From a virus (Duplodnaviria; Caudoviricetes): DNA of 64,000 nucleotides. The stretch is from the IMG/VR virus record IMGVR_UViG_3300028591_000009, positions 42,603 to 106,602 of that record; one strand, 5' to 3'. This document shows positions 50,047-63,896 of this stretch, one piece after another. The notes beneath the pieces are model-generated. The model saw nothing but the letters and a program-made list of their open reading frames with translations, had not been told where the DNA came from and did no database searches. The position numbers and the translations under genes were made by a program. Each line of letters opens with the position of its first letter. The stretch's first letter is position 1.

Positions 50047-52842
50047 ATGATAAATACTATATTTTATTTTACAGACTCACTTCCTTATGAGACCTATCAA
50101 ACAAAGATTGATAAGGATAGTGATGATGGTATAGCTTCTAAAACCATTGTGTTTGCCAAACAGCAAGGTAAGATATACAACAATGGTTTTTCATATGGTA
50201 TCACTCAATCTGAAATACAACAACTTATAAATGCTAGTGTTGCTACAAGTCAAGGTAAACTTGAAAACGATGACGCTGTAATAAGAGAGGCTCTTACAAC
50301 TTTGTCTGGTGATTTAAGTGGTGCTAAAGGAAGAATTAGTACTGCAGAACAAGCAATAACGACACTGCAAAACACTCTATCTACAACACAAGGTAATCTT
50401 TCAAACTATGTTACTTTAGATACTGATCAAGAATTGACAGGAGAAAAGTTGTTTAGAGGAGCAAACTAGTTTACATTTAACAATTTGTCTAAAGACGGAG
50501 TTCTTGTACAAAGTGGAACAAATAGTGTAAATGTAAAATAGTCTAGAATAACATCCCAGCAGATTACTACTCCAAAGATTGTTGTAACTGGGCAGCCATC
50601 AGATAATGTACTTCTTGCAGGTGGTTCTTCTTTAAGTCTTTCAGAACAAGGTTACGCTAGTGGAAGTGCTGTTCAAGATGGATTTGAGGATGTTTATGAG
50701 TAGCTCGACGATAAGCTTTCTTTATCTACTGGTGGTACTGTAGATGGCGATATTACAGCGGATAGTTTTATAAAGACTGGTTCATCTAATAACTACGTAT
50801 TACTAGGTGGTGGTGGTCATAAACTACTTAGCGAAATTACTCCAGCTAGTCCTGGTACTACAGTGGTACACGAAGATTATGATGATACAGAACTTAGAGG
50901 TCTTATCGCAAATCTAGATAATGCTATAGATAGTGTAAGTGCAACTGCAGATGATACAGCGGGAGACCTTTCAGATTTACTTACGAATTTAGACAACAGT
51001 ATTAAAACAAAAGTAGAAAGCTTGCTTGACGATGCTGCGTGGGTTCAAAACAATTTTCCAGCAGGTACAACAGGAAGCGCTTCTAATTTTGGGCAATCTG
51101 ATGTAGAATCTTATTTGCAAACTATTGGCGTTTGGGAATAGAATGAAGCTCACACTGCGTCTACCACAAAATGGTCTGAACTAAGCCAATCTGTAGATGG
51201 AATTGCATCTAGAGTTACTTAGCTAGAAGGGGCTACTGCTACTGGTGGAAATGTAAACTACTCATTACTTTCTTCTAGTTTGTACGCATACATTCACGAT
51301 CATTATGCAGATTCCGGTGTAGAATCAACGTGGGGTAAATTCGGACAGCTTACTACTGGGGATATCTAGATGATACAGTGGATGTCTTCTGGTATGAATG
51401 CCCAAGCTAGTGATTCTACTTCTGTGGCTAATCTGTTTGCAGCTGCTAAGGATTATCAGACAAATTAGTCTGCGATAGCCGATGCTAAAGCTCTTGTAAC
51501 TAGAGACGGTAATGATAATCTTACTGCTACTTCTTACATGACCGCTATGGTAGATCAGGCTATTGGTGGCATTAGATCAGATGTTGGTGGTAACTATGCG
51601 AGCACTACTGTATTTAATAAGATTGATGATGACGAAGACATTTTATCAGCACTTGTGACCAAAGTAACTGGGGATGGTTCGTCGGTATCGAGTAGTGCGG
51701 ATATATTGGCGAAGGTAAATAATATGAGTGCCGGTGTTGTCACAACTGCTACGCTAGATAATGCTACAGCTAGTCTTATTACAAATAATGCATCTAGTGG
51801 ATTAAAAACAGCAGTAATGGGTAAAATAGACACTGCCATAAATACTGCAAAACTAGATCTTGTTGCCGCAAATGATTATAATGCCGCATCTATTGTCGCT
51901 ATGGTAAATGCATCTAACGATTCTAGCATTAAACTTAGCGCAGATAAAATTACTCTTGACGGTCAAACAGTAGCAAGCAGCATTAGAGCTAATGACATTA
52001 CACTTACTGGTCAAGTACAGGCAGATAATTTTTAGGCCGGAAGTGGGTCTGGCGTTAATATTAAAACTACAGGAAGTACAATTTCATTCTGTGACGGAGC
52101 TACAGAAAAAGCTAGATTTGTACTTGAAGGAAGCGGATTGTAGTTATATATAATGGATGAAAATGGAAACTGGAGAAAGATTAATTGGTCAAATTGGACT
52201 GATGTAAATGCTACATCGTATACTCCAGTAACGGTATATAAGATTGTAAATGGCTCGTTTGATCAAAGCGTTGTTTATTTTTAGAACGGAACTTGGTATA
52301 CAGCTCCAAACACATCGTCTGGAACTCCAAGCGGTACTTTTTATATAAAAGTAAACCCTGCTTATTTAGAATCAGATTCTAGCGTATATTTTGATTACAG
52401 CACTCCTGTAATATACGCTCCGGTTCCATTAACAGTTTACGTAGACGGTTCAATTGATTCTACCGAAACGATTGCAATGCCTATATATGAATATGATATA
52501 GATGTTTATATAGAAGTTACGTTGAGTAATAGCGGTGTTGTAGAGACAAATAATAAAATTTATACGACTTCTAATTTCCCAGAACACGCATCTATCGAAA
52601 GAGACGGATATGGTGCAATACACAGTTCTCGCGTATATTATGGATCTACATTAAAATATATAATTCCTTCAAACGTAAGTACTAGCTCTATAGGATGGAA
52701 ATATATAAATAATGATATGAAAACTGTAAATGGTACAACGGTTACAGTAACTGATAGCAGTCTTGTTGAAGCTGAATCTAATATAAATGGTGCAAATGTA
52801 GTTCAAACATAGAAGTATACATTTGAAGATTACGACGCATAA
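50047..52842 (+). CDS. Tail fibre-like protein, 931 aa (code 15)
   Basis: Single frame with TAG-only interruptions; coiled coil plus SIKLSADKITLDG fibre motif. Confidence 0.72.
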
Positions 52843-52871
52843 TACTGAACCGTCTCTATAATATATAACAT

Positions 52872-54929
52872 ATGGTAGACTTTAATAAGAAAATATACAA
52901 TTCTAATAAATTCAGATAGAGTGCTCTGTTCTTCTAGGAACATGGAGCCTATACACTTGCACCCAGAGGAACTACAGATTATAATACGTTCTGGGATAGG
53001 GAGACTGATAGATGTCTCAACGGCTATGTTGCTGAGGATGGAGATTCTATTACAGGCTACCATTATTTTTACTTAAATTATTGTCCTATTATGAAACTTG
53101 AGGAAGTTGAATATACAGACAGATACGGAAATAAACGTAAACGTAGAGAGCGTATATTCGGCTTCCCAAGATTCTGGGACAGTGATTATTATTACTTCAA
53201 TGCAATAGAAGAAGCTGAAAATGAAGGAAAGCATATGGCGGTTCTTAAGTGTAGACAAAGAGGCTACTCGTTCAAAGGCGCCAGTATGCTAGTCAGAAAC
53301 TACGAGCTCATCCCAGGAAGTAAAAACTTCGCTGTCGCAAGTGAACAAAAATTCCTTGTTGGAGATGGTATTCTCACCAAAGCTTGGCAAATCATGGACT
53401 TTATTGACAAGAACACGGATTGGTCGAAGCAACGTCTCACAAGTACGAGAATGGAGAGAGTCTCCGGATTCAAAGTAAAAGACGAACTCGGAAAAGAAAC
53501 CGAACAAGGTTACCTGTCCGCTATTACAGGTATTACACTAAAAAACGATCCAGAACGTCTTCGTGGTACTCGTGGTAAACTAGTACTATTCGAAGAGGGA
53601 GGTAAATTCCCTAATCTGGAAACAGCATGGCGAGTTGAACAGCCTGCTGTAGAAACGGACGATGGGCATGCATTTGGTCTACTTATAGCATTCGGTACTG
53701 GTGGTACTGAAGGTGGTGCTTTTGATGGACTAAAGAATATGTTCTATCATCCGGATGCTTTTAATATACTAGGCTTCCCAAATATATGGGATGATGGCGC
53801 TGAGAATACTAAATGTGGATTCTTTGCTCCAGCATATTGGAACATGGAGGGTGATGACGAAAACGGTAACCCTAAATTCATGGATAAAGATGGTAACAGT
53901 TTAGTAGATAAAGCAATAGAAGAATTAATCAATCAAAGAAACAAAGTAAAGGACGGAGGAGCTACACAGCAATCTATAGATAGATTTATCTCTGAACGCC
54001 CTATTAAACCACAAGAAGCTTGCCTTGAATTAGGTAAGAATATATTTCCTAGAAAGCTATTAATGGATTAGCTAACCAGGATACGTACCAACACGAAGCT
54101 CAAGAATATGAAACATATAGTTGACTTAAGTTGGGATGGAAACGGCATGGTTAAGGCTACAGAGAAAAAATCAGGAGATATTACGGTATACCCATTAAAG
54201 AACGATGACAAACCAGAAGGATCAGTAGTCATATGGGAATACCCAGTCTCAGATCCCCCATTTGGATTATACATTGGCGGTTGCGACCCGTATGATCATG
54301 ACGAGTCCTTCACTAACTCATTAGGATCGACGTTCATATTTAAACGCGTTAGAGCAGGAGAAGCTTGGAATGATGTGATCGTTGCAGAGTATACAGGACG
54401 ACCTGCCACAGCAGAAGAGTATTATGAGAATGTACGTAAGTTACTTACATTTTATAATGCTAGGCTTCTGTTTGAGAATGAGAGAAAAGGTATATACCCA
54501 TACTTTACTAATAAACATTGCGATTATTTATTGGCAGATTAGCCAGATAAAATTATTACGGAAGTCTTTAAAGACAGTAGAGTACAGCGCCGAAAAGGCT
54601 GTCACATGACAAAACAAATTAGGGCGTACGGAGAAGGATTAATCCTCGAATGGTTACTAGAAGAATATGAGCCAGGACACCCTAATGTAGAAAGAGTATA
54701 CAGCGAACCTTTAATACAAGAGCTAATAGAGAATGACGGTATTAAAAACGTTGACCGTCTGATAGCTATGTGTATGGTTATGATATACAGAGAAGAACTA
54801 TACCAAGTAAAGGCTGCCGCTGCAAAAGAATAGAATAAACAGGTTGAACTCTTCGAGCTACCATTGTTCAGTTAGAGATACTATGAAGATGAGTAGCCAC
54901 AAGACGATACGCCTATATTTAGTTTCTAA
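52872..54929 (+). CDS. terL: Terminase large subunit, 685 aa (code 15, 7 TAG)
   Basis: ITGYHYFYLNY, Walker A LKCRQRGYS, LFEEGG, FGTGG; nuclease GGCDPY...NVDRL. Confidence 0.93.
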
Positions 54930-54930
54930 T

Positions 54931-57552
54931 ATGGATAAATTAAAAATAGTAAAAGGAAACACTTTCGAAACTGTAATAGAAATAAAAGCCTACAAATACA
55001 ACGGAGAGGAAATACCTGACTTTAGTTTATATGGTTGTACAGATATTGTAGTAAGTAGCCGCATCAATGGTGAAATTAGAAAAGTAGAATCATATTAGAT
55101 ATTAGATGCTCACAACATTCAGATTCGTTGGGAAGGCAAACAACTGAAAGTAGGAGGATATCAGTTAGAAGTTACTGGTAAGATAGGAAACGACGCTTGG
55201 AGATTTTATAGCAAGACTCCTATATTCTATATAGTTAACACCAACGAAGAAGCTAGTATTCCCGCCAACTCTATTATACGTGAAGATTGTTATTACGTAG
55301 ACAAACAAAAACTTTATATCGTATGTCCAAAAGGAGACAAGGGTGATAAAGGTGAGCGCGGAAACACTGGAGCTAGAGGTCTTTAGGGTCCACAAGGTCC
55401 TAAAGGAGATACAGGTGCTCAAGGTCCATAGGGACCAAAAGGAGATACTGGAGAAACTGGTCCACAAGGTCCTCAAGGTATTTAGGGTCCACAAGGTGAA
55501 CAAGGCCCAGCCGGTCCTAAAGGAGAACGTGGAGAGCGAGGTCCAAAAGGTGAAACTGGTGCAACAGGCCCTTAGGGCCCAGCAGGACCACAAGGCGCTG
55601 CATTTACTTATGCAGACTTTACACCGGACCAACTTGCAGCTTTAAAGGGAGAACCTGGAACAAATGGACAAGATGGTCGTGATGGTACGAATGGTACAAA
55701 CGGAGTAGACGGACACGATGGCGTTTCTCCTACAATACAGATTAGTTCTATAACAGGAGGACATACGATCACCATTACAGATGTAAATGGTACAGATTCG
55801 TTTAACGTAATGGATGGCGTAAACGGTACTAATGGTACGAACGGTTAGGATGGCCGCGATGGAACAAACGGAACTAATGGCGCAGATGGTGTAACTCCTC
55901 ACATTGATCCTACATCTAAACACTGGATGATTGGTAGTACAGATACTGGTGTTGTTGCTGAAGGACAAAACGGTACTAACGGAACCAATGGTACAAATGG
56001 AACGAACGGTACTGATGGTATTACTCCACATATAGATTCTACAACTGGAAACTGGTTTATAGGATCTACAGATACTGGAGTTCATGCGCAAGGTCCTGCA
56101 GGTCAGGACGGCAGTGTTGCAAATCAATTATAGGCAGACTGGAATTAGACAAACAGCTCATCTGCAGATTATATTAAAAATAAACCGACAATACCGACAG
56201 CTTAGGTTCAATCGGACTGGAATGAATCCGATAATACATCTAAAGCTTATATAGCAAATAAGCCGAGCTTATTCTCTGGATCATACAACGATTTGTCAAA
56301 CAAACCTACTATTCCAGATGCCTAGATTCAATCAGATTGGAATCAATCAGATAGTACAGCCAAAGATTTTATAAAGAACAAGCCTACAATACCTACAGCT
56401 CAAGAAGTTCCCACAAAGCTTAGTGATTTGTAGAACGATAAAAACTTTTTAGAAAGTCCTAAATACGACTATGTTGAAATAGGAGGAATAAAATGGGCTA
56501 CAATGAATATAGGAGCAAGCTCAGAAACAGATACAGGTTTATATTTCCAATGGGGTGATACAGATGGGTATTCTTCTAGTCAGGTTGGAAGCGGAAGCAA
56601 ACAAAAATCTTTTAAATGGGCTGACTATAAATACGGAAACGGTACTAATTCACCAGGAGCTAGTGGAATGTCTAAGTACAATTCTAAAGATGGAAAAAAA
56701 ACATTGGAAGATGCCGACGACGCTTCTAAAACAATTTTAAAAGGAAGTTGGAGACTTCCCACCCAAGGAGAATTTTAGACGTTGATAAGCTCGACAACTA
56801 GATCTTGGAAATCTAATTATAATAGTACTGGGGTCAAAGGAATGTTGTTGACATCTAAGGCGGATTCTAATATTAAACTATTTTTTCCAGTAGGAGGATT
56901 TGCATACGATAACGGTATAAATTCATCAAATAGCGACGGCTTTTATTTATCTAGCACACTTGCTTCTAGCAAAAACGAAGAAATTTCTTTATAGGTTAAT
57001 AGTGGAAACTTTTTTACAGATGGATTTCTGCGTTGTAGAGGACATCTTATTAGAGCCGTTCTTGATGAAAATTCTTCTAATTTATTATCTAAAGTAGCTT
57101 AGACAGGATCTTATAACGATTTAACTAATACGCCTACCGTTCCATCTAAAACAAGCGATCTTACAAACGATAGTGGTTTTATAGACGGTATGGTTATATT
57201 ATCGTATGGTAATTCTACTTGGAACGATTTCATTAATGCGTATACTAGTAATAAAATAGTATATTGTAGAGCAAGTAGTAATAGCAATCCTGCAACAGGT
57301 AGTCAAACAAGACTTGCGTTTATGGCGTATGTAAATGACGCAGATAATCCAACTGAAGTAGAGTTTCAATATTACAGAAGTGTATCATCACATTCGGCGT
57401 CTTAGCAAGGAGATTAGGTGTTTGTGTATAAGTTAGCAAGTAATGGTACATGGACAGTTACGACAAGAGAAGCTTCTGTAAAGATTGTCGCTGGAACAGG
57501 TTTAACAACTTCTTATAGTAACGGAACACTTACTATATCGTTAGCCTCATAA
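54931..57552 (+). CDS. Collagen-repeat tail fibre with Fib_succ_major-like domain, 873 aa (code 15)
   Basis: GXY repeats ~55330-55600, GTN repeats, QxDWN repeats, KWATMNIGA...GLYFQWG...WRLPT. Confidence 0.82.
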
Positions 57553-57565
57553 ATAAGTTAACACA

Positions 57566-60052
57566 ATGGTTAGAGTAGAAGATAATTTATATAACTCGAG
57601 TTTCCCTCAGCAGAAGCTACCTCTAAAAAAGAAAGATGAGAAGTGGTAGCACGACTGTGTAAATTATATTATAGGCGAGGGTAACGTTGTGTCCGGAGGA
57701 ATGGACAGAACGCGTTTCGGAGAGATGCAGACCTATTATAACCTTTATAATTCTATATTTGATGAAAAAGACTTCAAGCGTATCACGAATCCGTTTAAAG
57801 TCGACGACGGATTCCCAGCTACCCCACAAGATTTCAATATAATTAGGCCTAAGGTAGACCTCCTTATAGGTGAAGAGACAAAGAGGCCGATGAACTTCAG
57901 GGTAGTTAGAACATCGCAAGAAGCAGCTTCAGAGTTGATGGACAAAGAGAAGGAATTGCTTATGCAATATATTATGGCAGCGATTACCTCTAAGATGAGT
58001 CCTGAAGAAGCACAACAGTTCTAGCAATAGTTATAGAGTGGAGAAGTTATGCCACCAGAAGCTATTGCTAAGTACATGTCAAAAGATTATAAAGACGTTG
58101 TAGAAAATACAGCATATCATACATTGGTTTATCTAAGAGAAAAGCTTAACTTAGATAATGAATTTATTAAGGGCTGGAAAGATGCTCTTATCGGCGGCGT
58201 TGAAGTATACTATGTTGGTGTATAGAACGACGAGCCGTACCTAGAAAGAGTAAATCCAATATTCTTTAGCTTTGAGCAGTCACCAGATTTAGAGTTTATA
58301 GAAGACGCTTCTTGGTGCTGCAGAAAGATGAGGCTGTCAGTAGCTGAGATATATGACAGATATTATGACAAGCTTGAAGAGAAGGATCTAAATAAGCTTA
58401 ACGAAATGCTTACAGGTAGACCTTCTAACGATATGGGTGACAAGGATATAGTAGACAACTTTTCTGGTATTCAGATGCGTATATATGATAATCCTATATA
58501 CGATCAGAAGAGCAGACACCAAATAAACGTATGGCATTGCTGTTGGAAATCATTTAAGAAGATTTTCTATGTTACTTATATGGATGAGTCTGGCACACCT
58601 CAAACAGAGATTGTAGACGAAACATATAAGAAGACAGGAATGGAGTTGGATGTAACTCCAGACTGGATAGTTGAAGTGTGGGAAGGATATAGAGCGGGCT
58701 CTGATTTATACTTTGGTATACAACCATTAGAATATCAGCATGTATCTATAGACAATCCTAACTCACAGAAACTTCCTTACTGTGGTTGTGTTTATAGTAA
58801 TACTAATAGTAGACCACGATCACTCGTAAGTATCCTTAAGCCTCTGCAATATATGTACATTGTACTTTGGTATCGCCTTGAGCTAGCTATTGCTAGAGAT
58901 AAGGGTAAGGTTGTAAACATGGATATTACACAGATACCTAAGTCTATGAACATTACCCCAGAAAGATGGATGCACTATCTATCTTCTGTAGGTGTAAACT
59001 TCATTAATCCTTACGAGGAGGGCTGGAATGTTCCTGGACGTGAAGGTGGCAAGCCAGCTACATTTAACCAGATAACCGCACTAGACCTTACGATGTCTAA
59101 TGTTATTGCTGAATATATACAGCTGATGGATAAGATAGAACAGCTAGCAGGTACAATATCTGGTATTACAGAGCAGCGTCAAGGTGCTATATCACAACAT
59201 GAACTTGTAGGCAACGTTGAACGCAGCGTAATCCAATCTTCGCATATCACAGAACCATTGTTCTGGGCTCACAATCAGTGTAAGCGTCATGCACTTAATA
59301 TGCTACTGAATACAGCTAAGGGTGCTTGGGAACAGACCGGAAAGAAGAAGCTCAGTTATATCTTCGACAATGGTGAAAGAGCTTATGTGGATATTTCAGA
59401 TAAGTTCTATTATGAAGATATGGATGTGTTTGTAAGTGACACTTCTAAAGACATGGAGAACATTTAGAAGTTGCAGCAGCTTATTTAGCCGGCTATGCAG
59501 AATGGAGCCAGTCTCTTAGAGGCCGCTGAGGTACTTACAAATGATAACTTTAACATTATCAAACAAAAGCTTCAAGAAATGCAAGAACGTCAAGAACAGA
59601 TGCAGAAGCAAGCACAGGAAGCTGAACAGCAGCAAGCTATTCAACTCCAGCAAATGCAGAATGAACAGCGTGAACAAGAGCTTATGCTTGAAGAAGCTAA
59701 GATGGATCTTGAACGTTATAAGATTGATGCTGATAACCAAACTAAGATAGCTGTAGCTGAGATCTCTACTTATCGTGGTACTGAAGAGAAGGATATCAAT
59801 GCTAATGGTGTACCTGATCCTGAGGAGATGTATAAGGTAGCTATGGAGCAGCAAAAGATTCGCTCTGGAGAGTATGTCAAAGATCGTGAGATTAAGTATA
59901 AGAAAGATATCGAAGATAAGAAGATAGAACTCGAAAGAGAAAAGATGAAACACGAATCTGAGCTTCAGAAACAGAAGGATGATGCTGCTCTTGAACGCGA
60001 AAGAGTTAAAGCTCGTGCAGCTATTCGTAATAAAGTATCCGGAGAAAAGTAA
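57566..60052 (+). CDS. Portal protein, 828 aa (code 15)
   Basis: FPQQKLP, NIIRPKVDLLIGEE, WEGYR, ISGITEQRQG and LVGNVERS motifs; Q-rich coiled-coil tail; follows terL. Confidence 0.88.
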
Positions 60053-60054
60053 TT

Positions 60055-62505
60055 ATGCCTAAAATACTAAGACCTAGATCAAAGCCTCGTAGAAAAGGAG
60101 AAAAATCTTCAGAGGTTGAATATAGCAGAGTGAAGGCATTGCGTAAAATACAACAGCAAGAACGAGAGGCATCTGAAAAACGAGCCTCTCAAGCTGAAGT
60201 ATTTTTGTAGCCTGTCAAAAATACAACATCTGCATTAGAAGAATCAGTTAAACAAGTTCCGTTTACTGGTGAAGAATATCAACAGGCCGCCGAGTCTCAG
60301 AGACAAGATAAGGTTTAGAAGTGGCATGATATAGAAACCGGTATGGAAGCTGCTTTGACAGCACAGCTTGGAACAGATTTGGCCGGTCCGTTACTACGTT
60401 ATGGATGGAACGCATTAAAGAATAAAGCAATTAGCCCTGCCGCCAGGACAATGATGAATCCTGAAAACTTTGTGTTTGAAGGTCCAAAAATAAAACCAGT
60501 ATAGCTAAACGTCGTTGACGAGACAATTGCTGAAGAGCCTGCTGTTAAGCTTGTATAGACACTGCTTAAAAAACCTCGTTTAGCGTTGCCAGAAGGTTAG
60601 AATTTACCTCCAGAGGCAACATATACAGGTAAGGCTCCATCTAGAACTTTAGATTTAAAAACGTTGCAATAGAGAAATGAAGCTAGACATGTGTTAAACG
60701 ACATAGCTGAAGATCCCAATGATTATACGTTCAAAGAAATAAATCAAGCTTTAGAAACAGCGTTTAAAGACGAAGGAACAGTTCCCATAAAGATAGATTC
60801 TTCTGGAAAAGTAATACATCTCGGCAACAATACACAAGAAGAATTAAAAAAAGTAAATGCAATTCTTGAACGTTATGGATATGAAAAAATTCCAGAAGGA
60901 ATGGACGATGTTGCTACTAGATAGGCAGTGTTGGATAGGGCTGCAGAACATAGGACTTTTGTACGCGGTGTATATCTAAAACCTAGAGGTTCTAATGCTG
61001 ACAAGGCGATGACAAAGCAAGCGGCAAGAATGTTTGGTGTTCCGGAAGATTAGGTTACTGCCGAAATGAAACTTCAGGCTGCAGCAACACATACGGTAGC
61101 AGGAAGAGCGGAAAACGGGAGGCAGGGCCTTCATGAGGCATTAGAAAATTATAATTTACTGCGAAGAAACGGGCAGTATGATGCCGTATACACATCTTCA
61201 AGAGATTAGGTTGCCGCTGGATATTCTAATCCAGGATATGGTGGTGGATCGCAAGGAAAGTCTTATTATGTGCAATTACCTGTGAATGATACACCAAACA
61301 CATCTCTTACGCAATTGTGGGAAAATAATGAATTTCCGATAATGGATGACATGACTGGACTATTAACAGATTGGAGAACTAAAAAATTGCCATATATGTT
61401 AAAGACAGGAAAGCCGCTTTCTGTTGATGTAGAAAGAGAATTCGTCGATCCCGATTGGGTTCGTGCTACAATGCAAGCAGGAGATATTGCTAAACGGAAT
61501 GTACGACTGCCAATGAAATATAGCGATACAAAACCAACAGAATAGTTTATTGAGGGTGTATATACTAAAGACGGACATTATGGCTCTAAGGATCCAAAAC
61601 TTGTAGAGTCAGATATTACGTATACAATTTAGTAGATGATGAAATATGGCGTAAAGCCAATAAATCCAATAAGAAGTTATAAACTTGGGCCGCGTAGATT
61701 TGAAATTGGAGACGTAGAAGTTATGGATCCAGATTATGCAGATCCTGTCATCGAACAAATGACACTGAAATATCCATGGGCTTTATAGAATTTACGTAGC
61801 AGATTAACTCTTATAGATCTTGTAAAAAAACAATTATCATCGAAAGAACCACTTCCTCTTGGAATACAACAAGATTGGAGAGACCTATCGTAGTTAAGAA
61901 AGTTTGGAGCAATTACTGATAAACAATACTAGGCTATTAAAAAAGCCTATCATTTTGGAGGAGATCCTTTAAAATATATCGATTTCAAAAAGGCTACACA
62001 AGCTGCAAAAAATTAGTATTTTAAAGATATTAAAATATCTCGATCTAGAGACGCTTGGCATAGAAAACTAGAGGTTGCTAGTGACGAAAAACGATATTAG
62101 TACGATTTAGAAACAATCGATCGTTAGGTTGGAAATGATTTATCAAATTTGATGTTTAAAAATCCGCATGAGATTATGTCTAGTATGCAAAAGGAAATGT
62201 AGGCTGCTGGCGTTAAACCAAATTACAGTTTAAAATCTAAAGATGGATATAGAGTGTTTACCACAGAGGGCATTAGAAATCCAGATCCAAATGATGTAAG
62301 CGGAACGCACTATGTTGTGCTCGGACCAAAAGATACAAAGCTTCTTAATGTAAAAGGTGAATATAAACCGAACAGCAGTAGAAGACATCATGGACACAGC
62401 GGCGATCGTATTGAAGGCGTGTCTCGTAACCTAGGTGCAGTTTTATCGCCGTTATTTCTTGGAGGAGCTACTGCTTATAATTATTATAAAAATGACGTAC
62501 AGTGA
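60055..62505 (+). CDS. 816 aa protein (code 15, ~19 TAG) with possible ADP-ribosyltransferase-like motifs
   Basis: One frame from ATG 60055 to TGA 62503; TFVRG, AVYTSS..VAAGYS, HYVVLG. Confidence 0.65.
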
Positions 62506-62677
62506 AGAACAAGAGCTCTTAGAGCTTACTAGATAGAATAATATGCTTCTAAGAGCTATACTTCGCTTTGTATAGCATGATGAAGCTAATGATATGATGA
62601 CTAACATCGTAGCTAATATAATTGGTAATAGAATAGATCCTTAGAATTATACGCAGAATGAACTGCGAAACAAATAA
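62492..62677 (+). CDS. Small protein, 61 aa (code 15, 3 TAG)
   Basis: MTYSEEQELLELTRQNNMLLRAIL...; missed by the standard-code track. Confidence 0.55.
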
Positions 62678-62704
62678 ATATAATAAGAATTAACATATTG
62701 CAAT

Positions 62705-63871
62705 ATGGCAAAAAAGAAAAACACTATTCCGAGTGAATTCGAAAGCTTGCTTGGTAATATTGGTTATTCAAATCCTGAAGAGGGAGGTGGTATAACTATT
62801 ATTGAAGATGAGCCTTTTGTACCACTCGTAGATGAAGATGATGATAAAAACGTGCCGCCAGTGAAAGATCCTGAGGACGGCAAAACAGCGGATCCGACTG
62901 ACGATCCAAATGCGCATACTGACACTACACCAGAGCCAGATCCTGCGCAAGTTAATAATCCAGAACCACCAGCTGAACCCCCTGTAGAGGAACCTGTAGA
63001 TAATAACCAGGATCCTACAGAAGCAGATTTGATTGAAGCACAGCAAGTAGGTTTGCTCTTCGATGCGATCGGTGATAAGCTTGGTTGGAATATGGATGAG
63101 ATTGATGAAAAAGATAGACCTCTGAATACAGAGGCTTTGGCAGATTATTTTGCTGATGTAGTAAGACAGAACTCTGTTCCTGAGTACGCAGATGAGCGTA
63201 TACAGGCGCTAGATGAGTATGTGAAGCAGGGTGGTAAGTTTGAAGACTTTTACGCTAAGCAGCAAGAAGCTTTGACTATCGATAACATCGATCTCGAAGA
63301 CGAGAATAATCAAAAAGCAGTAGTACGCGAATTCATGAAGTATAGCGGTTATACTGACGAGCAGATTAATAAGAAGATCTCTAGGTATGAAGATAGTGAC
63401 GTACTTTATGATGAAGCGGAGGATGCACTTGACAGATTGAAGGATATTAGATAGAAAGAGGTTGAAGAAGCTACAAGACGTCAAGAAGAGCTTGCTAAAG
63501 AGCAAGAGAAACAGTCTAGGGAATTCTTTAACAACGTTAGCAAAGGTATCAATGAACTGACAAACATCAGAGGTATCAACGTTCCAAAAGAGGATCGCAA
63601 AGCCTTATTTGATTATATTTTCAAAGTAGATCAGAATGGTGTTTCACAGTATCAGAAGGACTTTAACAAGAATCTATCAAAGAACCTGATTGAGTCTGCA
63701 TACTTTACCATGAAAGCTGACAGTCTAATTTCAACTGCCAAGAGAGATGGTGAGTCGTCCGCTACTGAAAAACTTAGGAATTTATTGCGGCATACAGCTA
63801 AGAATCATAGCACATATAATGCCGATGACAAACAGAAGTCAGTAACAGACCTTTTAAATGGTATGTTCTGA
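62705..63871 (+). CDS. Capsid scaffold-like protein, 388 aa (code 15)
   Basis: Acidic Pro-rich N-terminus, coiled coil, one TAG at 63452; directly upstream of the capsid gene. Confidence 0.7.
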
Positions 63872-63896
63872 TAAAGAATAAAGAATTTAAACATAT

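Noticed and set aside
55330-56400. CRISPR or non-coding tandem repeats
   Set aside because: The repeats are coding collagen GXY, GTN and QxDWN units; no repeat-spacer array seen anywhere in the window
56460-57070. DGR variable region in the Fib_succ_major-like domain
   Set aside because: No reverse transcriptase or template repeat copy seen in this window
35888-63871. Fragmented late ORFs as pseudogenes or sequencing errors
   Set aside because: Fragments stay in one frame, are broken only by TAG, and repeats show TAG replacing CAA
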